From the NCBI GenBank assembly GCA_030390025.1, contig CM059432.1:140308001-140372000 (forward strand): a stretch of 64,000 nucleotides of DNA. Reading direction: 5' to 3'. A program made the translations under genes and the position numbers. This document shows positions 49,336 to 62,704 of the stretch, piece by piece; position 1 is the stretch's first letter; every line of letters begins with the position of its first letter. Source of the DNA: Squalus acanthias (taxonomy: Eukaryota). A model generated the notes under the pieces. It was not told the origin of the DNA and ran no database searches. It worked only from the letters and a program-made list of their open reading frames with translations.

Positions 49336-50254
49336 CAGTTGTACTTTGCTTGTTGTATTAGGTTATATATGTGGCACGCAGATCCTGTATAACAGGTATA
49401 TGATATATGTACCTGTAGCAGCTTTAACAAGAGGTAATCCTGTCACTTAACATTTTTCATTTTGTTATTGTGCACAGTCATGTACAAAGAGATTTAATTT
49501 GCAGCCATCCCAAGTGGTGCAATTAAAACAAAACTAATTTAGAACTGTTTTGGTATCTTTCGTGTTAGTTAGAAGTTCTGCAGACAGCAAAGTTATCATA
49601 TACAAGAAGGCCATAAATAAAATCCAAATTAAAATAGGACTACTATGTATGTATTGAAGTGGGGTGAATGATGCTAGTCCTGACTGTCAGTTCACCTGTT
49701 GCACTGAGCTCCGTTCAATGAGTTCTCTTTTACTAACTTCAGCTCAGCTGTCGGTCCTTGATGCGGGTTAATTAACGGGCACAGATTGACCTAATATGTC
49801 AATTTTAAGGTCCAGTTACCAACAGGAAATTTCAGACCTTCAAAGCGTCTTAACTTCAAAAGACGTCAAAATGTAATCCTTTCTCTCAGAACCTAATCTA
49901 CATGACCTTTTGGCAACCCACACTTGTGACCTCCCCTCCCGTTCGATCTCTCTCATTAATACAATAACAACTATTAATTTTTTTAGTAGTGGTGTTTTTT
50001 TTAATGAAATCCCAGCTCGGGGTGGTTAAACAGCACTAGGCCTCAACACCTGAAATTTTCCTCATTCTCACCCACTATCCAGGCCTGATTTGGACGGGAC
50101 CACAGAGGAGTCCTCCCCCCCCCTCCCATTGTCCGTGCATCAAGTTAGTTATTAGCTAGATTAAAATTATATCTGTGGATGCGTTACACTGGAAAGGATG
50201 ATGACCACTGAGAATGAATTCCAGAGAAAACAACTATAAGGGTCCATCTTGGTT

Positions 50255-50848
50255 AACAACAACAACTTGCATTTATATAGCGCCTTTAACACAGTAAAAC
50301 GTCCCAAGGTGCTTCACAGGAGCGATTATCAAACAAAACCTGACACCGAGCCACATAAGGAGATATTAGGACAGGTGACTAAAAGCTTGGTCAAAGAGGT
50401 AGGTTTTAAGGAGCGTCTTAAAGGAGGAGAGAGAGGTGGAAGGGTGGAGAGGTTTAGATTTCGGGAGGGAATTCCAGAGCTTAGGGCCCAGGCAGCTGAA
50501 GGCACAGCCGCCAATGGTGGAGCGATGGAAATCAAGGATGCGCAGGATAGGAGGAGCGCAGAGATCTCAGAGTGTTGTAGGGCTGGAGGAGGTTGCAGAG
50601 GTAGGGAGGGGGGGGGCGAGGCCACGGAGGGATTCGAAAACAAGGATGAGAATTTTAAAATTGAGGGGTTGCCGGAAAAGGAGTCACTGTAGGTCAGCGA
50701 GCACAGGAGTGATGGGTGAACGGGACTTGGTACAAGTTAGGATTCGGGCAACAGAGTTTTGGATGAGCTCAAGTTCATGGAGGGTGGTAGGTGGGAGTCT
50801 GGCCAGGAGAGTGTTGGAATAGTCAAGTCTCGAGGTAACAACGGCATG
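50255..50848 (-). mobile_element. L2 LINE 3' end
   Basis: Reverse complement of 22797-23366; (AAC)n tail at 50255. Confidence 0.88.
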
Positions 50849-51032
50849 GCATAATCAGGTGCTCTAATCAGCCATAACAGACCAGGAAGGTCCCAGGTTT
50901 AATTTCTGGTCCATGCTGAGTTAGCTGAGTTCAATCAGGGTGGTGTTGGAAGTGCTGCAGTTAGCCCCAGTGTCCCTAGTCTAAGGATAGATCAAATGTA
51001 GCATATGCCGATGTGAGACGAGGATAGATATA

Positions 51033-51628
51033 AGCCCTGATTTTAACTCGGGGGCAGGTGTCAGGCGGGCAAGGGCCGATGCTGGCCTCAAACCGCCCCG
51101 AACCACGTCAGCGTGAAACCGTAACCGGCGGGAGGCAGGGAGAGCAATGACGGAGGGGCAGCAGGTTGCCCCTTGGCCGCGGAAGGAGAGGCCCCTGGGG
51201 ATCAAAGGAATGGTCGCCACAAGGAGGTTCAGGAGGGACTCGCAATTGGGGCACAGGAGGCTTATTCATCTTTCCTTGTGGGGCCTGGAGGGACACTCCT
51301 GCTTCTGCGGGCTCCACAAAGAGAGTCCAAAAAAAACAAGTCGAAAGGACTTACCCATTAGGGCCTCCTCTGGCCCCGACTCCGAGGTTGACTTGGAATC
51401 AAAGCCACAACATGGGTCTCTGGTTAAAGTAGCAGTTGGACCCCAATGATGTCATCGAAACCCGATGTGCTTATTTAAAGGAGGACGCCCCAGCTTTCCT
51501 CTCGCCTACCCAGGCGAGCACGGTTAAAGTCTGAACCCATGGGATTGGTTGCTGGCGGGTGAGCCCCAGGACCAATTTTAACTGCCTGCCGCACATTCCA
51601 CTGAGCAGGAGAGGGTCGAAATCACCCC
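51033..51628. mobile_element. Harbinger-type MITE, family D
   Basis: Ends agccctgattttaac / gtcgaaatcacccc; shares aatgatgtcatcg and ttttaactgcc blocks with 41973-42240. Confidence 0.75.
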
Positions 51629-51687
51629 TATATAGAGTCAGGGTCAGTTATGATGTCCCTCCCTATGATCGTATAACCTGACAACAA

Positions 51688-52115
51688 GGATGATACCAGA
51701 ACTGAGAGGTTATAACTATCAGGAAAGACTGAACAGGCTGGGGGTAGCCTGACAGAGGTATTTAAAATTATGAAAGCGTTTGAGAGGCTAGGCGTAGAGA
51801 AGATGTTTCCACTTTGCGGGGGAGACCAAAATGAGGGGCCATAAATATAAGATAGTCACCAATAAACGTAATTGGGAATTCAGGAGAAACCTCTTTACTC
51901 AGAGAGTGGTGAGAATGTGGAACTCGCTACCACAAGAAATAGTTGAGGCGAACAGCAGAGATGCATTTAAGGGGAAGCCCGATGAGTACATGATGTGAAA
52001 GGAATAGAAGGATATGCAGACAGGGTGAGATGAAGTAGGGTGGGAGGAGGCTCATGTGGACCTGTTGAGTCGAATGGCCTGTTTCTGTGCTGTACATTCC
52101 ATGTAATACTCTGTA
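51688..52115 (+). mobile_element. CR1 LINE 3' end
   Basis: Similar to 33360-33820. Confidence 0.85.
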
Positions 52116-53506
52116 ACGTACCATCTGTGCAACGTACATAAGAAATTGGCATTTGGGCAAACATGGAGGCCAGGCTGTGCTTGACGAAGTGTAGAAACAT
52201 GCAGAAGGAAGAAAATTAAGGTGCAAGCCCAGGCAACTTATTATAGTCCCTTGTATCAATGAGAATCCATGATTGAGTGAATCAGGAAAAAACTACCTAG
52301 ATTTGGGAAGGAGAGAACGTGCTCTTACTGCTGGTTCACGGAGTTTATTATGCATTTTGCAATTACTGTAACACTTTCTAGGAAATTACTGATGACGCTG
52401 AACTCACAGTCAACCCCGTCACTCTTTGTTAAAACCAGATGTGCTGCTTTCATTGACGACTGCTATTTGACTTTTCTCTTTGGCCACACTGATTAATTTG
52501 CTGATGGATTCGACTTGGTGGCTGTTTCTTCTTCATTCAAAATTTAGGTCAAACATTGTCAGTCAGATTGGAACCAGGCTTTCTATAGTTGCCCCCATAT
52601 TAAAGATCCTCTTTCTTTCTTGCCATCCTCCCTGGGCTCCAATCAAGTATCTTTACTTTGTCACTGTGTATCAGTCCCTGCGGTAAAGTCAATCTTGCAT
52701 TTTCTTAAAATACAACATGTATTTGTTTCTAAATTGACATTCCTGTAGGTGTAAGCGATCTGTAGCATCAAGACTGCCACATTTAGCAAAACAAAATGTG
52801 TGCAATTTCCTCCCTTGACTGGGAACTTGCCGCATTTATGTTATAAATAAAGCTAGGGCCAATATTTGAAACGTCTGAGTTGCTCGAACATTTGTTTTTT
52901 AGATGACAGAAGCTAGATAGAAATTGTATGATCGTTTCGGTGTGTGTGGGTTGGACAAGAAAGGGATTATTCATTTTTTTTAAAAACCACCAGCAATGGA
53001 GAGTCCAACATTTTAGCTCTATAGTCTATTGCACGGGAGCCAAAACCGTTAGGATTTCTAAACCCTGGTCAAAATATTTTAAAAAAGAGTGGAAAGATTT
53101 TTTTCGTGCTGCTGGATTTTATCTTGTAAGTCTTTCTCCCCGTTGAGTTATAAATCACAAACCATTGGTGTAATGAGTATGAAATGCCTTCCAAATGTAA
53201 TGCTGTGCTTAATCAAAGGAGTATGAATGCCCTAATCAGCCTTCCCCTTGATGGCTCTTCCAGGGAAGACCTCCAGCATATTCCGACAGGAGAGCTAATT
53301 GTAATGGCAGCAGTGTTGATATTTATTTTCTTTTTCTATATTTGCCGGGCAACAATGAGAGTTAACATCTATTAGCATCTGTTTTGAGTCCAGCGATGAT
53401 TAGACTGTTGTAACTGTGGCACATCCCAAGCTAGTTATTTATAACTTAAATGGGAGATCTTTTTGTTGACTAAAAAGATATTCACTCCCTTTCAGCTTTT
53501 CTTATG

Positions 53507-53976
53507 AAGAAAGAAAGACTTGCATTTATATAACGCTTTTCATGACCTCAGGATGTCCCAAAGCGCTTTACAGCCAATGAAGTAGTTTTGAAGTGTAATC
53601 ACTGTTGTAATGCAGGAAACGTGGCTGCCAATTTGCACACAGCAAGCTCCCACAAACAGCAGTGTGATAATGACCAGATAATCTGTTTTTAGGTGTTGGT
53701 GGGGGGAATAAATATTGTCCAGGACACCGGGGAGAATGCCCCTGCTCTTCTTCGAAATAGTGCTGTGGAATGTTTTATATCCACTTGAAAGGGCAGGCGA
53801 GACCTTGGTTTAACATCTCATCAGAAAGATGGCACCTCTGACAATGCAGCACTCCCTCATTACGGCGCTGGAAGTGTCAGCTTGGATTTTGTGCTCACGT
53901 CTCTGGAGAGGGACCTGAACCCTCAACCTTCATGACTCAGAGGTGATGAGTGCTATTCACCAAGCCATGGCTGACA
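53507..53976 (-). mobile_element. Full-length DeuSINE
   Basis: Head through (CTTT)n tail present. Confidence 0.9.
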
Positions 53977-54026
53977 TCCTGAAGAGTTAAGTTGCTGCAT
54001 AGTGAATAGTGAGTCTCTTCACTTCA

Positions 54027-54485
54027 TATACACACACGCACACACACATATACACACACACATATACGCACACATATACACACACATATATACACACACA
54101 CATATACACACACATATACACACACACATATACACACATATACACACACATATACACACACACATATACACACACACATATACGCACACACAGGGCATGC
54201 ACACATACACACACACATATACACACACACATATACACACACACACATATACACACACACACGCGCACACACAGGGCATGCACACATACACACACACATA
54301 TACACACACACATATACACACACACGCGCACACACAGGGCATGCACACATACACACACACATATACACACACACATACACACATATACACACACACACAT
54401 ATACACACACACACGCACACACACAAGGCATGCATACATACACACACACATAAGTGCACACATACACACACGGACACAGACACAT

Positions 54486-54525
<40 letters not shown>

Positions 54526-54683
54526 CACGCACACATACACAAGAGCACATACACGCACACAGACACATACATACACAAGAGCGCATACACGCACACAGAT
54601 ACATACATACACGCACACATACACAAGAGCACATACACATGGACAAGCACATGGACAAGCACACACACGCATGCACACACACA
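54027..54683. repeat. Compound (CA)n/(TACA)n microsatellite
   Basis: Directly visible; the acagggcatgc block recurs three times. Confidence 0.97.
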
Positions 54684-55636
54684 CCAGCATTGACTGGAAA
54701 GAAACTAGATTCTTTATTGTTCCTCCTCTAGCCCAGGGGCAGTCGGGTGCATTGTAATTCCATCGCCACAGTCTGAACCCAGCGTAGACCCAGGGATCAA
54801 ATGTGGGGCCTTCCTGGTTCCTCTGGATCAGGATGATACAGTTAGGTCACTGGTGCCAGACACACTTTCTGTTACTCTGCCTAGATGTCTCTAACGTCTC
54901 TTTCCTGCTCATTATTGCAGTAACATCAAAAATCCATTTGTGAAGATTTCCTCCATTTGCTATTTCCAGCATATTATAAACCCCTTCTTTTAGAACATAT
55001 TTGCAATTTGACTAGAAATATCAAACAGAGGAAATGCTCACACATTTATGATGCTGCTACACATATAACCACATCTAACCTGCATTAGAATCTCACTTAT
55101 CCTATCAACAGGAGGCACATAATAGCTTACAGAGGAGAATTCTCCCTCCCACAAACAATTATACTAACGAATCCCGTATCAGTCAAACGCAGCAACTAAA
55201 CCCAGACCTACAGCTAACTAGAAACTTCCTTAACTGGAGTGAACAATAAGCCCATTTTTACCAGAACACAATTTATATGCCCTACAACTGCAATAAACAA
55301 AGCGATGTAACACAGAATCATTGCCAACAACTTCGAGAATGACATACATAGCCCAGGAAATAAAGCATTGCAGATAAGTACCATTAATTCAGCTGACTAC
55401 AATTGTTATAAAGCTACACCAGCACAAACCTATAAATTCTCCTTGGCCAGCATTGACCTATATTTCCATTTTCACTACTGACTTCAGTTTTTGTTAAGGT
55501 AACAAAGTGTCGTTATCTCAATCTGTAAGTAAATGAAATGCACAGGAAAATACTGTGATTCAATAAGGAATCGTCGAAATTACAGCACAGTAAGAGACCA
55601 TCTGGACCATCACTCCTGTTCCCTATCTAGTCTTAC

Positions 55637-56165
55637 AAAGAAAGGAAAGAATTTGCATTTCTATAGCGCCTTTCACTACCACCGGACGTCCCAAAGCGCT
55701 TCACAGCCAATGAAGTACTTTTGAAGTGTAGTCGCTGTTGTAATGTAGGCAACGTATCAGCCAGTTTGCGCACAGCAAGCTCATCGACCTGAAACGTTAA
55801 CTCTGTTTCTCTCTTCACAGATGCTGCCTGACCTGCTGAGTATCTCCAGCATTTTCTGTTTTTATTTCAGATTTCCAGCATCTGCAGTATTTCCTTTTGT
55901 ATTTGTGTAAATGACCAGATCATCTGTTTTAGGTGTTGGTTGGGGGGGTAAATGTTGGCCAGGACAGTCCCCTTTTGAAATAGTGGCCATGGGATCTTTT
56001 ACATTCACCTGAGAGGGCAGGAAGGACCTAGGTTTAACATCTCATCCGAAAGACAGCACCTCCGACAGTGCTGTACTTGGAGTGTCAGCCTACATCACAT
56101 ACTCAAGTGGGGCCTAAACCCATGACCTTCTGACTCTGAGGTGAGAGTGTTACCACTGAGCCACA
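55637..56165 (-). mobile_element. DeuSINE interrupted by a Penelope family 2 terminal fragment (about 55783-55902, plus strand)
   Basis: Insert gacctgaaacgttaactctg...ttttgtatt matches the reverse complement of 59320-59440. Confidence 0.85.
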
Positions 56166-56489
56166 ATATCTGCATAGTGTGTACATGCACTTCAGGTGAG
56201 GGCAGGATTGGCTCGGACAGCCGTACAGTCACCTGTTTAGGCTCATCTCACTGGAGTATTGCTGGTTGGCACCATGAAACCCCACTCCAGTATAAGTGAC
56301 CAGCCAGTTCTGTAACTGGAGTTCACTACTCTGATCCCATTTCCCTGCTTTCCCTATATCCTTCTATATTATTCTTACTTGTCCAGTTCCAATTTTATAA
56401 TAATCGTAGAGATATGAGTTTTGTGATTTTCAATTACAATGATCAGCAAGAGACTGATAGATGCAAAAATCAGAAACAACCAAACCAAC

Positions 56490-57163
56490 AGCAAGCAATA
56501 AGGAAGGTAAATGGCATGTTGGCCTTTATTGCAAGGGGGTTGGAGTATAAGAGTAAGGAAGTCTTGCTACAATTGTTCAGGGCCCTGGTGAGACCACACC
56601 CAGAGTACTGTGCACAGTTTTGGTCTCCTTATCTAAGGAAGGATATACTTGCCTTGGAGGCGGTGCAACGAAGGTTCACTAGATTGATTCCTGGGATGAG
56701 AGGGCTGTCCTATGATGAGAGATTGTGTAGAATGGGCCTATACTCTCTGGTGTTTAGAAGAATGAGAGGTGATCTCATTGAAACATACAAGATTCTGAAG
56801 GGGATTGACAGGGTAGATGCTGAGAGGTTGTTTCCCCTGGCTGGAGTGTCTAGAACTAGGGGGCATAGTCTCAGGATAACGGGGTAGGCCATTTAAGACT
56901 GAGATGAGGAGGAATTTCTTCACTCAGGGTTGTGAATCTTTGGAATTCTCTGCCCCAGAGGGCTGTGAATGCTCAGTTGTTGAGTATATTCAAGGCTGAG
57001 ATCGATAGATTTTTGGACTCTAGGGGAATCAAGGGATATGGAGGTTGGGTGGGAAAGTGACGTTGAGGTCGAAGATCAGCCATGATCTTATTGAATGTTG
57101 GAGCAGGCTCAAGGGGCCGTATGGCCTACTCCTGCTCTTACTTCTTATGTTCTTATGTTCTTA
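56490..57163 (+). mobile_element. CR1 LINE ORF2 3' portion
   Basis: IRKVNGMLAFIARG...RRMRGDLIETYKIL; (cttatgtt)n tail. Confidence 0.93.
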
Positions 57164-57446
57164 TAACAGAAGCTGGTGTCATAATTGAAAGGTTCTTAAT
57201 CTGGGTTGGTTGAGGGAAACATTAACTTCCTCAGTTGACAATCCCACTCACCTACAACCTCAATGTTGAGGGATTCAAAGAGGTGCATGGAGCACAGTTA
57301 TCATTTATCAACCAGCTATTTCACTGGTTAATGCTGTGATTTCCAGTGAGAGGGAACCGACTATTTGTAAGATGTGAGTGACACTATAGGTAGCACAGTA
57401 TGTCAACAGTGACTCTGAACCGCTGTCCAGTGTGCGCTATCGTGGT

Positions 57447-57887
57447 GTCAGCAGTGGCTCAGTGGGCAGCACCCCCGCCTCTAAGTCAGAAGGTTGTGGG
57501 TTCAAGTCCCACTCCAGAGACTTGAGCACAAAAATCTAGGCTGACACTTCAGTGCCGTGCTGAGGGAGTCTTTCGGATGAGAATTTAAACCGAGGTCCCG
57601 TCTGCTCTCTCAGGTGGACGTAAAAGATCCCATGGCACTATTTCGAAGAAGAGCAGGGGAGTTATCCCTGGTGTCCTGGCCAATATTTATGCCTCAACCA
57701 CCACCTAAAAACAGATTATCCTGTTATCACATTGCTGTTTATGGGAGCTTGCTGTGCACAAATTGGCTGCCGCATTTCCTACATTACAACAGTGACTACA
57801 CTTCAAAAAGTACTTCATTGGCTGTAAAGCGCTTTGGGACATCCAGTGATCATGAAAGGTGCTCTATAAGATGCAAGTCTTTCTTTA
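57447..57887 (+). mobile_element. Near full-length DeuSINE
   Basis: A and B boxes, core and tail present. Confidence 0.9.
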
Positions 57888-58230
57888 TCTACACGATGCA
57901 CTGCAGCAACTCGCCAAGGCTTCTTCAACAGCACCTCCCAAACCCACAACCTCCACCACATAGAAGGACAAGGGCAGCAGGTGCATGGGAACACCAACAC
58001 CTCCAAGTTGCCCTCTGAGTCACACGCATCATGACTTGGACATATATCGCCGTTCCTTCATTGTCGCTGGGTCAAAATCCTAGAACTTCCTACCTAATAG
58101 GAGTACCTTCACCACACGGACTGCAGCGGTTCAAGAAGGCAACTCATCACCACCTTCTCAAGAGCAATTAGGGATGGGCAATAAATGCTGGCCTTGCCAG
58201 CGGTGCCAATGTTCCGAGAATGAATTAAAA
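57887..58230 (+). mobile_element. LINE 3' end, same family as 35950-36912
   Basis: Direct similarity; gaatgaattaaaa tail. Confidence 0.85.
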
Positions 58231-58499
58231 ATATATATATATTGTAACAACGTAAACAGAGTTCACCATAGTGCCTATGTTGAAATTGCTGAAGGTAGTC
58301 CCTGAAGTTATTCTTCCTTCCGGAGAATATCCTTTGCTGCTAGTTAAGTGTCGGTGAAATACCAATTAAAGAGTGATCTAGCTAACTTCACCACTCTAAT
58401 GTAGGTCACATTTGTGCCTCTCACTTAATGAGTTGGGGACAGATCTGTGCAGATTTTCTGATTCAACTGATACCAAGACCTCAGCAGCAAGACTGCATC

Positions 58500-58878
58500 A
58501 CATAATCTAGGCTGACACTCCAGTGCAGCACTGAGGGAGTGCAGCACTGTCGGAGGTGCTGTCATTCGGATGAGACGTTAAACCGAGGGCCCGTTTGCTC
58601 TCTCAGGTGGATGTAAAAGATCCACCTGAGATAGCAGGGGAGTTCTCCCCGGTGTCCTGGGCCAATATTTATCCCTCAATCAACGGCACCAAAACAGATT
58701 ATCTGGTCATTATGACATTGCTGTTTGTGGGAGCTTGCTGTGCGAAAATTGGCTGTCGTGTTTCCTACCTTACTACAGTGACTCCACTTCGAAAGTACTT
58801 CATTGGCTGTAAAGCGCTTTGGGACGTCCTGGGGTCCTGAAAGAGGTGATATAAATACAAGTCTTTCTTTCTTTCTTT
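58500..58878 (+). mobile_element. 5'-truncated DeuSINE
   Basis: Core and (CTTT)n tail. Confidence 0.85.
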
Positions 58879-59319
58879 CCAAGGAGAAGGTCCACCACCA
58901 CATACTCAGGGCATCTAGGGGTGTGTAATAAATGCCGGCCTTACCAGCGGTGCCCACATCCTGAGAATGAACGAATGAAAGATCCTCCTGTATCTAAAAC
59001 ATCATTCACCAAAACGGGCCTCACTCTCTCGGAGGTACCAGACTTGCCTTTTGCTCTGTTTCCAGAACTGGAATACTTAAACTTGTGTTTTATTTGCAGC
59101 TGCTTGGCAACCAACCGCTCAACGTAAAAGATCCCATGGCACTATTTCGAAGAGGAGTAGGGGAGCTCTCCCCGGTGTCCTGGCCAATATTTATCCCTCA
59201 ATCAACATCACTAAAACAGATTATATGGTCATTATCACATTGTTGTTTGTAGGACCTTGCTGTGCGTGACTTGGCTGCCGCGTTTCCTATATTACAACAG
59301 TGACTACACTTCAGAACTA

Positions 59320-59708
59320 ATACAATAGCAAAATACTGCGGGTGCTGGAAATCTGAAATAACAACAGAAAATGCTGGAAACACTCAGCAGGTCAGGCAGC
59401 ATCCGTGGAGAGAGAAACAGAGTTAACGTTTCAGGTCTGGGACCCTTCATCAGAACTGGAAAAAGCTGGAGATGTAACAGATATTAAGCAGGTGCAGAGA
59501 CAGAGGGGGGTTTTAGGAGGGGAGGAAGGAGTTGAAAGAATATACTGTGCTTATGTAAGAGGCAGGAAAGATAAAATGTTGCAAATGGGAACGGCAAAAT
59601 CATACAGCATGAAAAATGGGGGCAGGGGTTATTGTCTGAAATTGTTGAACTCGATGTTAAGTCCGGAAGGCTGTAAAGTGCCTAATCGAAAGATGAGGTG
59701 CTGTTCCT
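59320..59708 (-). mobile_element. Penelope-like element family 2, 3' fragment
   Basis: Minus strand encodes EEQHLIFRLGTLQPSGLNIEFNNFRQ-stop (GIY-YIG C-terminus); exact 11-bp TSD cttcagaacta (59309-59319, 59709-59719). Confidence 0.88.
59421..59457 (-). ncRNA. Minimal hammerhead ribozyme motif (PLE family 2)
   Basis: aguu CUGAUGA a ggguc-cca-gaccu GAAA cg UU aacu. Confidence 0.78.
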
Positions 59709-60011
59709 CTTCAGAACTACTTCATTGGCTGTAAATCATTTTGGGAGGTCCTGAGGTTGTGAAAGGCGCTATATAAATGCAAGTTTTTCTTTCTGTTTCC
59801 TCACCTTACATCGCTGCAGCCCAGATGAGCTGCTTGGGATCAGGAATTCACTGGGGAGACAACAAGGGAGAACCTACGAGTTCAATGCTCAGAGCGTCAG
59901 TACAGCAATGAGTTCCATCCCTGTTATTCTCCCTCCTCTCTTGGAGGCAGTGAGGCTTGTGACAGTTCCACAGGTGCGAGCAGGTTTCTAGCACCTTGCT
60001 CAAGTGGTCAA

Positions 60012-60150
60012 ACTCTGACAAAGGGTCACCGACCTGAAACGTTAACTCTGTTTCTCTCGCCGCAGATGCTGCCTGACCTGCTGAGTGTGTCCAGCATTTT
60101 CTGTTTTTATTTCAGATTTCCAGCATCCGCAATATTTTGCTTTTGTATTA
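60012..60150 (+). mobile_element. Solo Penelope family 2 terminal repeat, hammerhead core mutated (CTGACAA)
   Basis: Reverse-complement match to 59320-59455. Confidence 0.85.
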
Positions 60151-60151
60151 G

Positions 60152-60520
60152 TGTTTTAGTGACGTTGGTTGAGGCACAAATATTGGCCAGGACCAATGTT
60201 TCCTCTAAGCTGCGTGCGTGCGTGGCCGCAGCAAACTTAAAGGTACTGTGCACAAAAACAAAATTTGGAGGGAATATTGGCTAGGGAGAACTCCCCATCC
60301 TCTTCTTTGAAATAGTGCCACGGGATCTTTTACGTTCACCTGAGAGGGCAGACGGGGCCTCGGTATAACATCTCATCTGAAAGACGACAGCTCCGACAGT
60401 GCGGCACTCCCTCAGTACTGCAGTGGAGCGTCAGCCTATATTTTGTGCTTACGTCTCTGGAGTGGGACTTGAACCCACGACCTTCTTCGAAGCAAGAGTG
60501 CTACCCACCGAGACACAGAT
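60152..60520 (-). mobile_element. DeuSINE lacking its 3' end, with a nested hAT-type MITE at 60194-60279
   Basis: MITE ends caatgtttcctc / gagggaatattg, imperfect 8-bp TSD gccaggac / gctaggga. Confidence 0.8.
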
Positions 60521-61240
60521 GATGCAATGTCCCTTTAAATCATAAAACGCAAAAACAAAGGACAAGAAAAAAATAATTTTAGAAAGACCCACGTCGCCAT
60601 TAAACATAGTTTCCAAAACTTAACTAAATCCTGAAGCAATGTATGTTAAATGCATTCACACAAAAGAAAAACTTAACAGAACTTTAGCCCAAATTCTTGC
60701 TCATGCCCCCGTATGACTGATGTGCCCACATACTATGTTGGGACAGTTCTGAATTTAGAGAGAGCCACATTTGCTTTCAATTCCCATTATTCACGGGTGG
60801 TAAGATGCTCCTAGTTTGAGGTATGGTATCAAGTAGCACTTGACCCTTCTGACTCATTATTAGATAATGAAAAGGAGCGGTAAATGTAGTTTGAAGGCAG
60901 CTTGGGTTTCCCTTTCAATGTTGTAACAAGGTGGTATGATATTACCAATGATAAAGTGGGCAGATTGAAACAGAGATACCGAGGAAAAGCTGGGTGAGAT
61001 CTTTTATTTTCATAGTTACTCATTTTAGTCAAGATCACCTTGATTACAACTATATTCTGAACACAGATTTTGTCCCTCTTCTGGTTCTAATAAGAACGGC
61101 CTCACTGTTTAACTATTAATAAGGAGTAACATTGAAGAGACTGTAGGCACCTTCAGGGATTCTTGGTGTGATACGAAAGGCGAGCAGTCATCAAAACCCC
61201 TATGTTTAATCCATGGTCTTTACTGTCTCACATGCTTACA

Positions 61241-61680
61241 TGTCAGCCGTGGCTCAGTGGGTCGCACTCTTACCTCTGAGTCAGAAGGTTGTGGGTTCAA
61301 GTCCTGCTCCAGGGACTTGAGCACAAAAATCTAGCTGACACTCCCAGTGCAGTACTGAGGGGAGTGCTGCACTGTCAGAGCTGCTGTCTTTCAGATGAGA
61401 CATTAAACCGTCTGCCCTCTCAGGTGGACGTAAAAAAATCCCACGGCATTATTTCAAAGTGGAGCGTGGGAGTTTGTCCTGGGGCCAATATTTATCTGTC
61501 AACCAACATCACTAAGACAGATTATCTGGTCATTATCACATTGCTGTTTGTGGGAGCTTGCTGTGTGCAAATTGGCTGCTGTGTTTCCTACATTACAACA
61601 GTGACAACACTTCAAAAGTACTTCATTGGCTGTAAAGGGCTTTGGGATGTCCTGAGGTTGTGAAAGGCGCTGTATAATTT
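61241..61680 (+). mobile_element. Full-length DeuSINE
   Basis: A and B boxes, core and tail present. Confidence 0.9.
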
Positions 61681-62244
61681 ATTTTTCCTTTAAAGAATGG
61701 CCACCTGTGTGAGGTAGCAGAGCTGCCAATATCTGTGGAACTATAACACCATCATAGGAAGGCAGAAAATAGGAAAAAAGGGAGGCTGGCCCGATTGCTC
61801 AGTGGGTCAATGCACTGCCAGTTGATTCATACGGATCAAGAAGATTCAACACCAGATCCTTGGCCAGTGCTGATCTCAGCTGTGAGTGGCCGGAGTGACA
61901 ATGCCATAATTAGTCTGTGTCCCCTCATTTGGCAGGGTGAAAGTCAGCTGGAATTCCCACTCCTCGTCAATATCAAATGACCCATGCTAGCCTGATGACC
62001 TCACTAAGTTCGTAGATGAAGATTGGCCACTCGAGCAAGGTGCTGGAAACTTACTCGCACCTGTGGAACTGTCACAAGCCTCACTTCCTCCAAGAGAGGA
62101 GGTAGAATAACAGGGATGGAACTCATTCATGTACTGACACTTTGAGCATTGAACTCGTAGATTCTCCCCTGTTGTCTCCCCAATGAATTCCTGATCCCAA
62201 GCAGTTCATCTAGGCTGCAGCGATGTGAGGTGAGGAAACAAAAA

Positions 62245-62682
62245 AAAGTCTTGCATTTCTATAGCGCCTTTGACGATCTCAGGACGTCCCAAAGCACTTC
62301 ACAGCCAATGAAGTACTTTTGAAGTGTAGTCAATGCGGCAGCCAATTCATGCACAGCAAGCTCCCACAAACAGCAAATGTGATAATGATCGGATAATCTG
62401 TTTTAGTGATGTTGGTTGAGGGATAAATAGTGGCCAGGACACCGGGGAGAACGCCCCTGCTCTTCCTCAGAATAGTGCCATTTAATCTTTTACATTGACT
62501 CGAGAGGGCAGATGATGGGGCCTCATTTTAACGTCTCATCTGAAAGATGGCACCTCTGACACTCCCTCAGTACTGCCCTGGGAGGGTCAACCTAGATTTT
62601 GTGCTCAAGTCTCTGAAATGGGGCTTGAACCCATGACCTACCTGATTCAGAGGCGAGAGTGCTACCACTGAGCCACAGCTGA
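62245..62682 (-). mobile_element. Near full-length DeuSINE
   Basis: Head at 62682, tail at 62245. Confidence 0.88.
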
Positions 62683-62704
62683 TATAATCAAATAATGAGC
62701 GTAC

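Larger units (their letters stand above)
59122..59793 (+). mobile_element. 5'-truncated DeuSINE interrupted by Penelope family 2
   Basis: SINE sequence resumes at 59709 after the insert. Confidence 0.85.

Noticed and set aside
53987..54757. His/Thr and Cys/Val ORFs in all six frames
   Set aside because: Microsatellite artefact.
61241..61315. tRNA gene (also the other SINE heads)
   Set aside because: A and B boxes run straight into the SINE body; these are SINE heads.
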